From Eledone cirrhosa (lineage: Eukaryota), in the NCBI GenBank assembly GCA_964016885.1, contig OZ024740.1, forward strand, positions 120,156,001-120,220,000: DNA of 64,000 bases. Reading direction: 5' to 3'. Made by a program: the position numbers and the translations under genes. Below, in pieces: positions 26,963 through 39,489 of this stretch; positions within the stretch are counted from its first letter, which is position 1; the number at the start of each line of letters is the position of its first letter. The notes beneath the pieces are model-generated. The model did no database searches, was not told the origin of the DNA, and saw only the letters and a list, made by a program, of their open reading frames with translations.

Positions 26963-28552
26963 TTCATCATCATCATCATCACCGTTTTACGTCCGTTCCT
27001 CCACGCTAGCATGGGTTAGACGGGTTGTCCTGTTGTGTGCAGTGTCTGGTCGGCTGACCATGCTTTGCTCATACAGGAACTGATCTGGCTTGATTTCTAC
27101 AGCTGGATGCCCTTCCTAACACCAACCTCATTTACAGTGAGTGCTGGGTGCTTTTTCGTGGCGCCTACACGTCCACTTTACAGTGTGGGCTGGGTGCTTT
27201 TTTGCCGTGGCACCTCCACGACCACCTTGCGGTGGGGGGAGTGGGGGCATATTGTTTATATGCTTCAGCATGTACCCATGGGAGGTCGGGTACTCTGTAT
27301 TACTGCGTGACGCCAGAAGTCACGGTCGTGTGTCATTGTCTTTGAGAGGTGTAAGTGGGTAAGGTCGGCTTTTATCACCTCATCCCAGGTCATCTTGGGT
27401 CTCCCCACTCCGCGGTTTCCATCAACTTCTAGTGCTCTGCACCTTTTTATGCAGCTGTCATCCTTCATACGCATCACATGTCCATACCAGCGCAACCGCC
27501 TCTCCTGCACACAGCATTTGATTCCTCTTATGCTCAGTCTCTCTCTCAATTCATTTATGCTTTGTCGTTCACGTATATTACTGTTACACATCCATTGGAG
27601 CATGCAGGCTTCGTTTCTCTCTAATCTACGTAAGTCTTCCACCTTCAGCGCCCAGGTCTCACTACCATGCAACATCGCTGTTCGGATACATGCATCATAT
27701 AGTCTGCCTTTCATTTTGAGGGAGAAGCCTTTTGCAGCTAGCTGTGGTAGTAGTTCCCTAAACTTCTTCCATCCCATTCTTACCCTAGTTATTGTACTTT
27801 CTGAACACCCACCTCCGTTGCTAATTCGGTCACCTAGGTAGCAGAAGCTGTCTACTGTTTCTACAGGGCCCTCCCAGAGATTGGTGGTACTTGTTTCCTG
27901 TGGCTGTTTGCTGCTTGCTGTTTCAGCACAGCTGCTGCATGTGAATCCTACATTCTTAATTAAGCTTCCTGAGATCCCGCTACATCTCTTGTGTACCCAT
28001 TGTTTGCATTTGGAGCAGAGAATGGAGTTCCTACCTACACCTTTCCTACATATTGAGCAAGGCCATTTCCCTGAGGGGATCTGGGTTCTGTTTTCTCGTC
28101 TACTTACAAGGACCTTAGTCTTTGTCATGTTGACTTTGAGACCCTTTCTCTCTAGTCCCTGCTTCCAGGTTTGGAATTTATTCACTAGTTCTATCATAGA
28201 TTCAGCTATGAGTGCGAGGTCATCAGCATACAGGGGTTCCCATGGGCATCCGGTCTTAAATTCCTCCGTTATTGCCTGCAGGACTATGATGAACAGGAGA
28301 GGGCTAAGAACAGAGCCCTGGTGGACCCCAACCTGTACGCTAAATTCCTCGCTATACTCATTGCTAATCCTAACTTTGCTGACTGCTCCCCTATACATGG
28401 CTTGTACCGCTTTCACAAGCCATTCATCTACTCCTAGTTTTCTAAGAGCCCACCAGATTACAGCACGTGGAACTCTGTCAAAGGCTTTCTCAAGGTCGAC
28501 AAATGCCAAGTAGAGTGGCTTACTTTTAGCTAGGTACTTTTCCTGTAATTGC
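26963..28552 (-). mobile_element. Young 5'-truncated RTE-clade LINE with an uninterrupted 414-codon RT/PHD-like/C-terminal frame
   Basis: ORF 27265-28509: FVDLEKAFDRV, GVHQGSVLSPLLF, LYADDL, CSIC..CSKC..H..C..CSSC, RRLRWYGHVMRM; 3' UTR and (GAT)n tail at ~26963. Confidence 0.95.
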
Positions 28553-29894
28553 CCTGATGAATTGGCTGAGAACTGGCTGTTTTTAAAATGTCAAATAGAA
28601 TGCTTCAAGGGTATTTGTTTCAGCTCCCTATGTTCTACGTTCAAATCTTGCCTTGGTCAACTATGTATTTTATTCATTTGAGGTCAATAAATAAAGTTCA
28701 TGTCCAAAATCAGGGCTAAAACTTTTCCCCTGTCCCTCTCATTTTCTCTCTCTTTCTTTCTGACTTACTGGAAGAAATCAGCTATATTCAGACCTTGAGA
28801 TTAATAAACTCTGCTCACTTTGAAATGGCCATGCTTTAATATTAGGACAACCCCTCTACAACTACATGAGAAACTCAGTTGGCATGGAAGATGTTAACAG
28901 CCTAATAATTTATGGTTAAGTATGGAAAATATGTCTAATTTGAAATGATATGATTCATTGTTTATAGTAGGATTAGGACTGTATGAAATTACTAAGATTC
29001 CAGATTATTCACTAAATAGCCTCAAACTTTGGACACTAAAAATAATATAAGAATACAAATATGAATGTAAACATTGTTTATGCTTCCTTCATATGGTGAA
29101 TCAGTACAATATTTTAAAAAGAAAAACGAACAAACAAGTCTTTATTGTTGACCATCATTTCTTTCAGCTATAGAACAATGTTTTAGACAAAATTCTTCAA
29201 TGAGAGACAAAATACTCAGTTGCAACACTAGAGATTATTCCTATTACTATTCCCATTATAATTTATTATTATTATTTTCATTTCATTTTTATCATTATTA
29301 TCATCATTATTGTTTTTTATTATTCTTACTATATCATCAGCATCACACCACCATCATCATCATCATCTTAGGTAATTGTGCTAAATTCTGAGCCATTTTA
29401 AACCATTATTATTAGATTAGTGACAATGATTCAAAACAAAGAAAATAAGAAAATGTCTATGTCCTGTGCATGTCCATGTGTACATATGTATCCATCTTAT
29501 TTATCAATCATAACAATAGTTGTTTATCATTAATAAGTAATACACCATAACTAATGATGTTTACCAGAGAAAATACTTGAAATACATACATTTTTCTCTA
29601 TTTCTCTATTCATTTCTCTTTATTGTTAGTCTATCCTCATATTGTCTTTGCATTTTTAAATTTTGGGGGAAGATATATGATGAATCATGAGAAGTTTTTT
29701 CTGTGCATACAAATCATATAAAAACTGTATTTTATCATTATACGTTGAAGGTTAAAAATTATTGAAAAATGGGTACTATATTATAATAAGTATTTTATGG
29801 AAATGTTCTGCGCGTGAGTACGTTTGTGTGATTTTATTTGTGAAACTGAGCACATTTGTGTGAGTGTGTGTATTTGTGTGTTTAAACCATCATT

Positions 29895-29991
29895 AGGTTG
29901 ACTTTGCCTTTCATCCTTACGGGGTCGATAAAATAAAGTACCAGTAATGCACTGGATAATTGCTGGCCTTGTGCCTAAAGTAGAAACAATT
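29895..29991 (+). mobile_element. 5'-truncated SINE family 1
   Basis: ggttgactttgcctttcatccttacggggtcgataaaataaagtaccag..gtagaaacaatt. Confidence 0.85.
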
Positions 29992-32900
29992 AATTTTTAT
30001 CTCCATGCTGACATACGTTGGTGAAGTCATTACAACTCAAGTCATTTCCTATGCATATTTACTACCCTTGTATACAGAGGGACCAATTCGCTTGATTGTT
30101 CTATTTTCAGCATGGTTTCTATTGCTGGATGTCCTTCCAATCAGGTAATTTTCAGAGATCAATGTTTTTTAATCAAGTACAAACAAGAGAGTGCTAGAGT
30201 ACTTTTAGGTATTGAATATACCACTTTTGAAAACATGTGTAACAGAAACAGCAAAAAGATTTAATTAATGAGGATCAACTTGTTCTAGAATTTTCTAAAT
30301 TTGCTCTAAACCTGATATACGTTAAATGGAGCATGGAAAACTATAGAGAATATTTTGTGAAGTATGTTTCACAAACGTGATTTTGTTTTCTGATTGGTAT
30401 TTTATTTTTCTCTTTTTGACAACTTAAATATTTGTATCATTTGTTTATTATATAAACATTCAGTATAGTCTGAGATATAATTTACATGAATGCACTCATA
30501 TAAATGTGTGTTACTATAATTTAAGATATTATTTAGGATATCTTTTCAATAGCTTGACAGCAAAATTGAAAAGACAAAGGGGGCTAAATATAAACACATT
30601 TGAATTGTCACGGCATGAATAAAGTACACATTTTACACTGAGAAACTAAACTGGTCTGGTTCTATAACATGAATTATTGTAATTTAAGTAGTGCAAAACA
30701 TGAGTGAAAATGAAATAAACTTAAGATTACCCAAGCTAGATATTTCTCAGTTATTTTGTACTTATTTGATTGTGCCAGACATTGCAATTGGCAGATAACA
30801 TCTACAATGTAAACCCCAATGAGAAAATAGTTTCATTGGTCCATTCTGTTGATTGGCTTTTTCCTTTTCTGATTTCAAAATGTAAATATTTTGAGCACAA
30901 TAGCTAATCAACATCCAAAATTTAGCATTGTGAGAAAATCCGAATTGCATTGAAATCATTCATAGGGATTTCTGTACACATAGTGTGAAATGTTATGTAA
31001 TGTTAGTTCTAACATAAATTGAATTATTTCAATTAGATTCTATAGTTTGCAACCAATATATTTATTTTGTACATACACTTAAATGCATAAGATTTATTGA
31101 GTAGGAAATATGCAAAAAGGCATCCAGCCATCAAAGGCTTGCCGAAACAAAGTGCTGGAAGGACCCTTCAGCCATGTCAGTTTTGAAAATGTTCTTGAAC
31201 TTGAATGGATTTCAAAATATAATTCTCATTATTTATTTGTTTCATGAAACAAAAGGCCCACATTGTATGTTTGTTTTAAATAATAAAATGCCTAATACTG
31301 AAATAGTAAACAATCTTGGTGTTATATTAGAACATAAGTAACTTTCAATTAATCGGAAGTCTTACTCATTGTTCTATGTGACATGAAAAATATCAGAAGA
31401 TTCTACACTATGATTAAACAAAGTTTCTTCACTACATTCTAATTGCATTCTACTTCATGAACCACTGAGCAACATTACATGACCAACTTTATAGGAATTG
31501 TAATTGTACTATTGGATAAAAGACTGCTTTCAGTCATAAATGACCATAGGATTTGCACCTAGAAAGTTCCCCTTTGAGGCTCAAGGCAGCAATCATTCAT
31601 GCATGCCAGTCTCCTCTCTTCACAACAATGATGTTGTCCTAAGGAAAGGCAATAGCTGATTCAAATTGGCACCAGTGACATTGCAACTGAATGAACTGTA
31701 GCAAAGTGAAATAAAGTGTCACGCTCAAAGATACAACACACTGCCTGGTCTGGCAATCGAGCTCACAACCTAAAGTTGTAAGCCGATAATCTAACTACTA
31801 TGCCATGTGCATTCAAAATTGTACAATTGTAATAGTAGTGCATCTTATTAGTTAAACTACATTGGGTATCATCTATAGATAGTCTAAGTTTCCAAATTAG
31901 CTTCTATATTTACAAATATATTACCTCTTTGCATCATCTTGATTTAACTTATCTTTCCAATTCTATATTAAGAAAACAGGCTATACCATTAATAATGCTC
32001 TCTGATTAAGGTGTAAGGCTAACAATATTTTGGGAGGGGAAAGTCAATTAAATTGCCCCCAGTACATTACTGGCACTTTATTTTACTAACGTTGTAAGGA
32101 TGGAAGGCAAAGATAACCTCTGCAGGAATTAAACTCATAATGTAAAGGGACGTAAGTATATGCCAAAAATGTTGTCCAACGTACCAGTTAATAATAAAGA
32201 TGTAAAAAGATGTATAGAACATTATAATCTAAAGCAGAAGGTTTCAACTTTCTTTGATCCACGTAACATTGGTTAAGGCAATAAAAGTGATACAAAACAC
32301 TATTAGAAGTTTTAAATGTTTATAGTATTACAAAACTGAGTATTATAATAGACTTTAGTGCACATATTGTGCTTTACCACAGTGTAATACACATGCCCAA
32401 GTGCAATGCATTAACACATTTCTAAATATCTTATCTTTTTTATGACTCATCTCAAAAACTCGTGGGATGTAATTTGTTCTGGATATGAGTTGTTTGAAAT
32501 GTAAGTTTGGTGTCAGAATGAGCGTCCCACTAAAAATCATTGCCCCAAGTACTCTTGTCTAATCCAGAAGAAAATGGAGAATTAAATATAAAAATTATGA
32601 TCACACACAGAAACACACACACACATATGTATGGAGAGAGAGAGAGAGAGATTGGAATGCACATGAACATATATATTATGCATGTAAACCAATGATAGTC
32701 ATCTGACCAACATTCATCTACTAATGCATTTAATGCCCAGTTGCTCTCTCAATTCAATGGCACTTAACATATCTCATAAGTTAACACATCATATTCTATG
32801 TATCACATTCACCTTATTTCTCTCCAACTGCTACAAAACATCCATATTCACTGCCACACAGCATGATATTTTGTACATTTTCCTAAACACACACACACAT

Positions 32901-33350
32901 TATTAGGAGATGAATATTTAGGTCTAATTTAATATTTATATGATTACCTTATCACAAATGAAACAAAATAACAGGTATTATGGATTTGAAAAGAAACTTT
33001 TTTAAGACAATAATTCCATGTTGAATTAATCAATTAATATTGGGGATAAAAGAAACCCTCCATTTCTCCAAAACTTTTGTTTGTTTTGTTGGATTACCAA
33101 TATTGAAAGTTCTTAGGAGATAACCCGATTATTAGTTGTAGACACATGAAATGTAAAAGGGTTTAGATTCGAAAAGTACATTTATTTGAAAACCGTAATT
33201 AAATTTGGATTTTTTTCTTCTATAACCACAAATAGGCCTATCTTAAAAATTCAGTTTTTATCTTCATATGTGTGTGTGTGTATATATATATATAAGAATA
33301 AAACAATGTTGTCTCTCATCGAGACAAAGTGAGAGTGTATTTTAACACAC

Positions 33351-33400
<50 letters not shown>

Positions 33401-33401
33401 A

Positions 33402-34030
33402 TCATCATCATCATCACCGTTTTACGTCCATTCTTCCACGCTAGCATGGGTTAGACAGATTGTCCTGTTGTGGGCAATACCAGGTCGGGTGACCTTGTCT
33501 TGCTCATACAGGAACTGATTTTGGCTTGATTTCTACAGCTAGATGCCCTTCCTAACACCAACATCATTTACAGTAAGTGCTGGGTGCTTTTTTGCCGTGG
33601 CACCTACACGTCCACTTTACAGTGTGGGCTGGGTGCTTTTTTGCCGTGGCACCTCCAAGACCTCTTTGCAGTGGGAGGGGATGAGGGCATATTGTCTGTA
33701 TGCTTCAACTTGTACTCGTGGAAAGTCAGGTCTTCTGTATTACTGCATGACGCCAGAGGTCACGGTCCTGTGTCATCACCTTTGAGAGATGCAATTGGGC
33801 AAGGTCAGCTTTTATCACCTCATCCTAGGTCTTCTTGGGTGGATCTTCCCACTTCAAGGCTACCATCGACTTTTAGTGCTCTACACCTTTTTATGCAGCT
33901 GTTATCCTTCATACGCATCACATGTCCATACTAACGCATCCTCCTCTCCTGCAAACAGCATTTGATTCCTCTTATGCTCAGTCTCTCTCTCAATTTGTTT
34001 ATGCTTTGATGTTTGCATATTACTATTACA
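33402..34030 (-). mobile_element. 5'-truncated RTE LINE (C-terminus + 3' UTR)
   Basis: Colinear with 26963-27590. Confidence 0.9.
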
Positions 34031-34059
34031 CACACACATATATAAAACTACAGCTAATT

Positions 34060-34640
34060 CTGCAGCGACTTCCTCAAGAAAGGATCTGTATTTAGACTCC
34101 TTGTTTGGTACATAAACCTGGAGACCTATCTTTCAGCCTAAACTTCTAGAGACAAATGCTCCATCTGAATGGGATCCAGTCCAAAACAAATTTTATCAGA
34201 CGCTTGCTTGTGAATATCCCCACTTCCACCTGTGCAGGCATTCCTGGTACCACACCTGAATAGGAGAATTTTATCCTCCATCCAAATCTACAGTACCAGA
34301 ACCACAGAACTTTGTTGAGGAAACCCCAACTATATGTAGCCAGTAGCATCAAGTCTCCTCCACTACTTCCTGCTCCTTACCTTGTGATGTTCCAGGTTAC
34401 AATTGTCATGATGTGAACACTTCCAAACCTTCTTTATGTTCCTGGGATATGTAATCTTTGCATGTCCATCCCATGCCTCCCAGGATATATCACAGGTCCA
34501 TTGACAGTTTTTGTGATATGAAATGGAAACTGTAGTATATTTTTCAAACAGGCTCCTCTACCTATGGCTTGAACGCATCCCTTATTAACTCTTAGGAAGA
34601 ACGAAGCAGTATGGTTCTTTTTTGTACCACTCACAATATT
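34060..34640 (-). mobile_element. APE endonuclease N-terminal fragment of a second RTE family (Rex3/Expander-like)
   Basis: Piecewise translation TIVTWNIT..GKEQEVVEE..HIVGVSSTKFCGSGTVDLDGG..SYSGVVPGMPAQVEVGIFTS. Confidence 0.65.
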
Positions 34641-34724
34641 GCAGATTTTTAGAAAAATAATTTCATCACTTCTGTAAAATTGTATCTACTGTTCTTTATA
34701 CATATATATGTGTGTGTGTGTCCC

Positions 34725-34912
34725 AGATTCAAATGGGGGTAACCACAATAAGTGAGATACTCGATGCATTAGTAGAGTGTAAACATCAAATCTAAATTAG
34801 AAATGGCTTCTATGGGATTAGAACTGCTTCATTCAAAAGAAATCATCAGAAAAGCCTTGATTTCTTTTGAATGAAACACAGTTCCTGTCCTGAAGAAGGT
34901 ATTTCTATATTA
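34725..34912. repeat. Short fold-back element with a decayed hammerhead-like core; related copy at 56345-56520
   Basis: gaaatggcttctatgggattagaactgcttcattcaaaagaaatca is mirrored by tgatttcttttgaatgaaacacagttcctgtcctgaagaaggtatttc. Confidence 0.65.
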
Positions 34913-34916
34913 AATT

Positions 34917-34948
<32 letters not shown>

Positions 34949-35049
34949 AAAACCAACAAATAAATAGAAAAACATTTTTTTGGAAATTTATATGCGAAAC
35001 ATGTCTATGAACAAGACAGCTAAACTTGCTTAGATCAGAGAATCATATA

Positions 35050-35227
35050 TCGATAGTTTAATTTATGCCAAAGCTTCCAAAGGATGGGGAAGATGCAAGG
35101 CAAAATAAACTAATACAAGAAAGTTTTGCTTCCAGTTAGGAATATGGTGTGCATGAAACTTTCTGGCATTAGCTTGTTTTGCCTTGCATATTCCTCCTTT
35201 GGAGCTTTTGGCATCAAGTAATCTATG

Positions 35228-35230
<3 letters not shown>
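35050..35230. repeat. Imperfect ~65-bp inverted repeat next to (TA)n
   Basis: atgccaaagcttccaaagga..tgcaaggcaaaataaactaatacaagaaagttt versus aaactttctggcattagcttgttttgccttgca..tcctttggagcttttggcat. Confidence 0.7.
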
Positions 35231-35277
<47 letters not shown>

Positions 35278-35820
35278 TATGTAATAAACAACATAAGATA
35301 ATTATTTCATTTACCAGTGGTTTCTTGAAAGAAGATATTGTATCTGTTTTCAGTCGTGAGATTGAATAAAAGACATGGCGTTTTTATTAAATATGTATTT
35401 GAAAACAAAATTTTAGATATATGAATTTGAGGCTGAGAAAAAAACGGGCAAAAAAGAAGAGGGGAAAAAATATATATATATATATAAACAATAGATATCC
35501 AGAACGTAAACAAACACACACTAAACCACGCGCATATACTTAAAAAGTACGAAGTCGTATACTTTTTCACATAAGCGTATTATCGTCTACAGACAGGGGC
35601 ATAAATACATACACATACATATACATGAAGTAATAAATAAATAAAAACAAAAAAATATACAAAGTCGAAAACAAAATAAAGACAAAAAAGAAGACGTGTT
35701 GACAACGATAAGTATGAGTGTGTGAAGGGAGGGAGGGGGGGGGGGGATAAATATAAAAACAACTTAAAAATAAACAAATACACGAGATGTGCATATACAT
35801 AAATATATATATATATATAT

Positions 35821-36494
35821 CGTTTCTGAATTTGTTTAGCAAGATTCTTTATCTGAAAACGTGTGTTGAAACCAATATTGTTATACTTTGGGAGGGTCAT
35901 GTTGCCAATAGGAAACACACGCACCAGTTGCTTTCACTCCAATTTATTATAAATTAAATTTATAAATTTAAGAAATTTGTAAATTTCCAGTTGGTTGGTT
36001 CCACAGAAAAGATGCAATGTTTAGACAAATCACAGAGGCAATAAACATAAATTAACTCCAACCAAAATTAAATAGAAAACTTGAATGAAATAGTAACATC
36101 GCAACTTACAATTAAGGACAAAATGAAAACACACACACATAGAACAAACAACCAACCAGTAACATGTAAATGAACAAATAAATAAACAAATAAAAACACA
36201 CACAGACCCCTAGATGTAACACATGCGCAACATAAGCACACAACACACACGAAAACAAGATGGCGTAGGACAGAACAAAGGAGAGGCACAAAACAAAGAA
36301 AAGAATCCCCAGTCACTGAAGAGATCACAGAATGTGTGACGAAAGGACTTTGACAATATATGAACAACCGTCCGGTTGTGGATCCAACCAACCAGAAATT
36401 TACAAATTTCTTAAATTTATAATAAATTGGAGTGAAAACAATTAGTGCGCGTGTTTCTTATTGACAACATGACCCTCCCAAAGTATAACAATAT
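35821..36494 (+). mobile_element. Fold-back element A (Penelope pLTR/retrozyme-like) with an internal hammerhead
   Basis: Inverted arms 35875-36005 / 36377-36494, TA runs on both sides, hammerhead core in the spacer oriented toward the right arm. Confidence 0.75.
36312..36354 (+). ncRNA. Minimal type-I hammerhead ribozyme motif
   Basis: GUCA CUGAAGA G AUCACA gaaug UGUGAC GAAA G ga C UU UGAC: stem I GUCA/UGAC, intact CUGANGA and GAAA, stem II UCACA/UGUGA, 2-bp stem III, CUU cleavage triplet. Confidence 0.75.
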
Positions 36495-36596
36495 ATATAT
36501 ATAAATATACAGATACATACATACATACACACGCACACACACATATACATGCATGGATAATCATACACACGTATAAAAACACACACACATATATGC

Positions 36597-36628
<32 letters not shown>

Positions 36629-36786
36629 GGGGAGGGTCATATTTGTGTAATATTGCCAGAATTAATAACAGAACACACTCACTGTTTGGTTGGTTTTTCG
36701 CTTTTCGCTTCTGTGTCCTTTATATCGGTAATATAATTTATTCGGTCCTCAATGTTGCCATTGACTGACCAATGGTCAAATATAAT

Positions 36787-36963
36787 TGTTTCTACTTTTG
36801 GCACAAGGCCATCAATTATCTGGTTACTGGTACTTTATTTTATCGACCTCGTAAGGATGAAAGGCAAAGTCAACCTCGGCGGGATTTGAACTCAGATCGT
36901 AAAGGGACGTAACTATGCTAGAAAGCATGGTGTCTGACCCTCTACCGATACTGCCAATCCACC
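36787..36963 (-). mobile_element. SINE family 1 with a 20-bp target-site duplication
   Basis: gaccaatggtcaaatataat at 36767-36786 and 36964-36983. Confidence 0.95.
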
Positions 36964-37021
36964 GACCAATGGTCAAATATAATACAGATACAATATAGAC
37001 ACAAACACATATATATAGTTT

Positions 37022-37063
37022 ATCAAAGTTCTTTCGTTGCACATCTGCAACATCGTCAGTGGT
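37022..37063 (-). ncRNA. Minimal type-I hammerhead ribozyme motif
   Basis: Minus strand ACCA CUGACGA U GUUGCA gaug UGCAAC GAAA G aa C UU UGAU: perfect 6-bp stem II, intact core, stem I with one mismatch. Confidence 0.72.
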
Positions 37064-38069
37064 GCTATTGTTTCCTCCCGTTGCATTGTATTTTCTACGC
37101 CATCTTTATTTAGTCTGTTTACATATTTATTTATTTGTTTATTTTATTTTGTCTTCTTTGCGCATGCGTTTGCGTGTGTGTATAGTGTTTTGTTTGATGT
37201 GTGTTCGTGATTGGGTGACTGTGTATTGGTTAATGTATTCTATCTTTACTAGTGTGTGTTTATATGTGTTTGTTGTTATTGTGCTTGTGTATGTATTTAT
37301 TTATTTATTTATTTATACTTCTCTTAGGTCAGTGTTATTTGTTTAGGTGTTGTTATTCCATTCATTCTTTCTGTTTAGCCTTGGCCTTCTAAGTTCTATT
37401 TCACTGGCCTCTCTGATTTGCCTATCTACTGGGTCATTTCTATGTTTAGATATTAATCTAATTTCTATGTTGTCTATGTTACCGTCGTGTTGTTGTCATT
37501 GAGGACCGAATAAATTAGATTACCGATATAAAGGAGACAGAAGCGATAAGCGAAAACCAACCAAACAGTGAGTGTGTTCTGTTATTAATTCTGGCAATAT
37601 TACACAAATATGACACTCCCCAAGTATAACAATATTTGTTTCGACACACGATTTCATATCAAAAACCTCGCAAAACTAATATATATATATATATATATAC
37701 TAAAATATAAAATAAACATACGTACACATACACATGCGTGCAAAATTACATATACACATACACAACCACACGCATACACACATATAAATAAACATGCATA
37801 CAGCCATATTACACACACATCCACATATATACACATAAAAGCCTACAATACGGAGGATACGTATACAAATTTGTGCGCTCGCACGCACGTAAAAAGAAAT
37901 CAACACACGCATACAAAAAATCCATACGTAAATCCATACACACATAACCCATATATACAAAAGCATATATATACAGTTGCATACACACACATATATGTAA
38001 ACACATACATATAGCCATATATAAATATAATATAAACATATACAAAATCGCATACACACACATATATGT

Positions 38070-38170
38070 CATCATCATCATCATTCGTCGACTACTGAGG
38101 CTCGAGGGAGTTTGCCATAGATTTTAGACAAGGTGGGATGTCGTTTCCAGGATAGGTTTTGCACTCTCAT
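38070..38170 (-). mobile_element. Short RTE-X-like 3' fragment with a (GAT)n tail
   Basis: Encodes RVQNLSWKRHPTLSKIYGKLPR, similar to RTE-X C-terminal sequence. Confidence 0.55.
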
Positions 38171-38304
38171 AAACACATACATATAACCATATATACATAT
38201 AATATAAACATATACAAACACACACACATATATATATATACACAAACACATATATATGTATATACATACGCACATATATATATATATATATACATATATG
38301 CATA

Positions 38305-38714
38305 GTGGCTGCCAACTCGTTTTCGAGTACGGCCACTACTTTATATCCATGTAGGAGAAACCCTACCGATGCGCTGAACGAGTGTGACTTTTTAGTCCAG
38401 CCAGCGACTTGAAAACTCTGGTACAAACACTACACTTGTGACAATTATTGACACATAGTGCTGGGCCCATGGTACCATGTGACGACAAGTGCAGAGAGAT
38501 CTCCAGATATAAAGCAATGCCTGTGCCGTGAAGCTTTTATAGTGAGCAAAGGCACTGCACAAAGCCAGTCCCACTCTCTTAACCAAGATGATATTTACCA
38601 AAAAGAAGAACAAGTCAACATCATTGAATACCATCAGAGTTGCAGGTGTTATATCAGAGTTTTCCTTCTCCTAGAATTCTGCCTTGACAAAGGCTAAGGG
38701 GTCATCTCTCCCGG
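38305..38714 (-). mobile_element. Non-coding interspersed repeat, truncated copy of 44932-45527
   Basis: Near-identical to 44932-45343 over ~410 bp. Confidence 0.85.
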
Positions 38715-38715
38715 A

Positions 38716-38856
38716 GATACATATACATACATATATATATATACATACACATATATATACATATATACATACAGATATATATATACATACATATATATAT
38801 ATACATATATACATACATATATATATATATATAGATACATATATAGATATACATAT

Positions 38857-38887
<31 letters not shown>

Positions 38888-39480
38888 CATATATACATAT
38901 AAAAGGAGACGATCGACTTTCGTCAAATCAGACCGAGGGAACAATGTTTCCGTTGGTCTTTCCAATTGCTAATACTATCTATCGGTCGCAACTCCATACA
39001 TATATATATATGTATGTATATATATACATATATACATACATATATATATATATACATATATACATACATATATATATATACATATATACATACATATATA
39101 TATATATACATACATATATATATATACATATATACATACATATATATATATATACATATATACATACATATATATATATATACATATATACATACATATA
39201 TACATACATATATATATATACATATATACATACATATATATATACATATATATATATACATATATACATACATATATATATATACATATATACATACATA
39301 TATATATACATATATACATACATATATATATATACATACATATATATATAAATACATATATACATACATATATATATAAATACATATATACATACATATA
39401 TATATACATTTATACATACATATATACATATATACATACATAAATATATATATATATATATACATACACGCACACATACA
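38716..39480. repeat. Long compound (TA)/(TACA) microsatellite with a ~95-bp island at 38902-38998
   Basis: Direct observation; source of many spurious Y/I/C/M-rich ORFs. Confidence 0.95.
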
Positions 39481-39489
39481 ATTAATCAA

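Larger units (their letters stand above)
36628..37680 (-). mobile_element. Fold-back element B (Penelope pLTR/retrozyme-like) with an internal hammerhead and a nested SINE
   Basis: Inverted arms 36628-36754 / 37497-37620, TA runs on both sides; same layout as element A. Confidence 0.75.

Noticed and set aside
27395-28513. Long plus-strand ORFs (148 and 210 aa) and similar ones at 13579, 21562, 21981 and 22297
   Set aside because: Antisense shadow frames of RTE coding sequence with no independent motifs
38671-39489. Many overlapping 70-190 aa ORFs rich in Y/I/C/M/H/T
   Set aside because: Translations of TA/TACA microsatellite; the same applies to ORFs at 3109, 26701, 37700 and 45664
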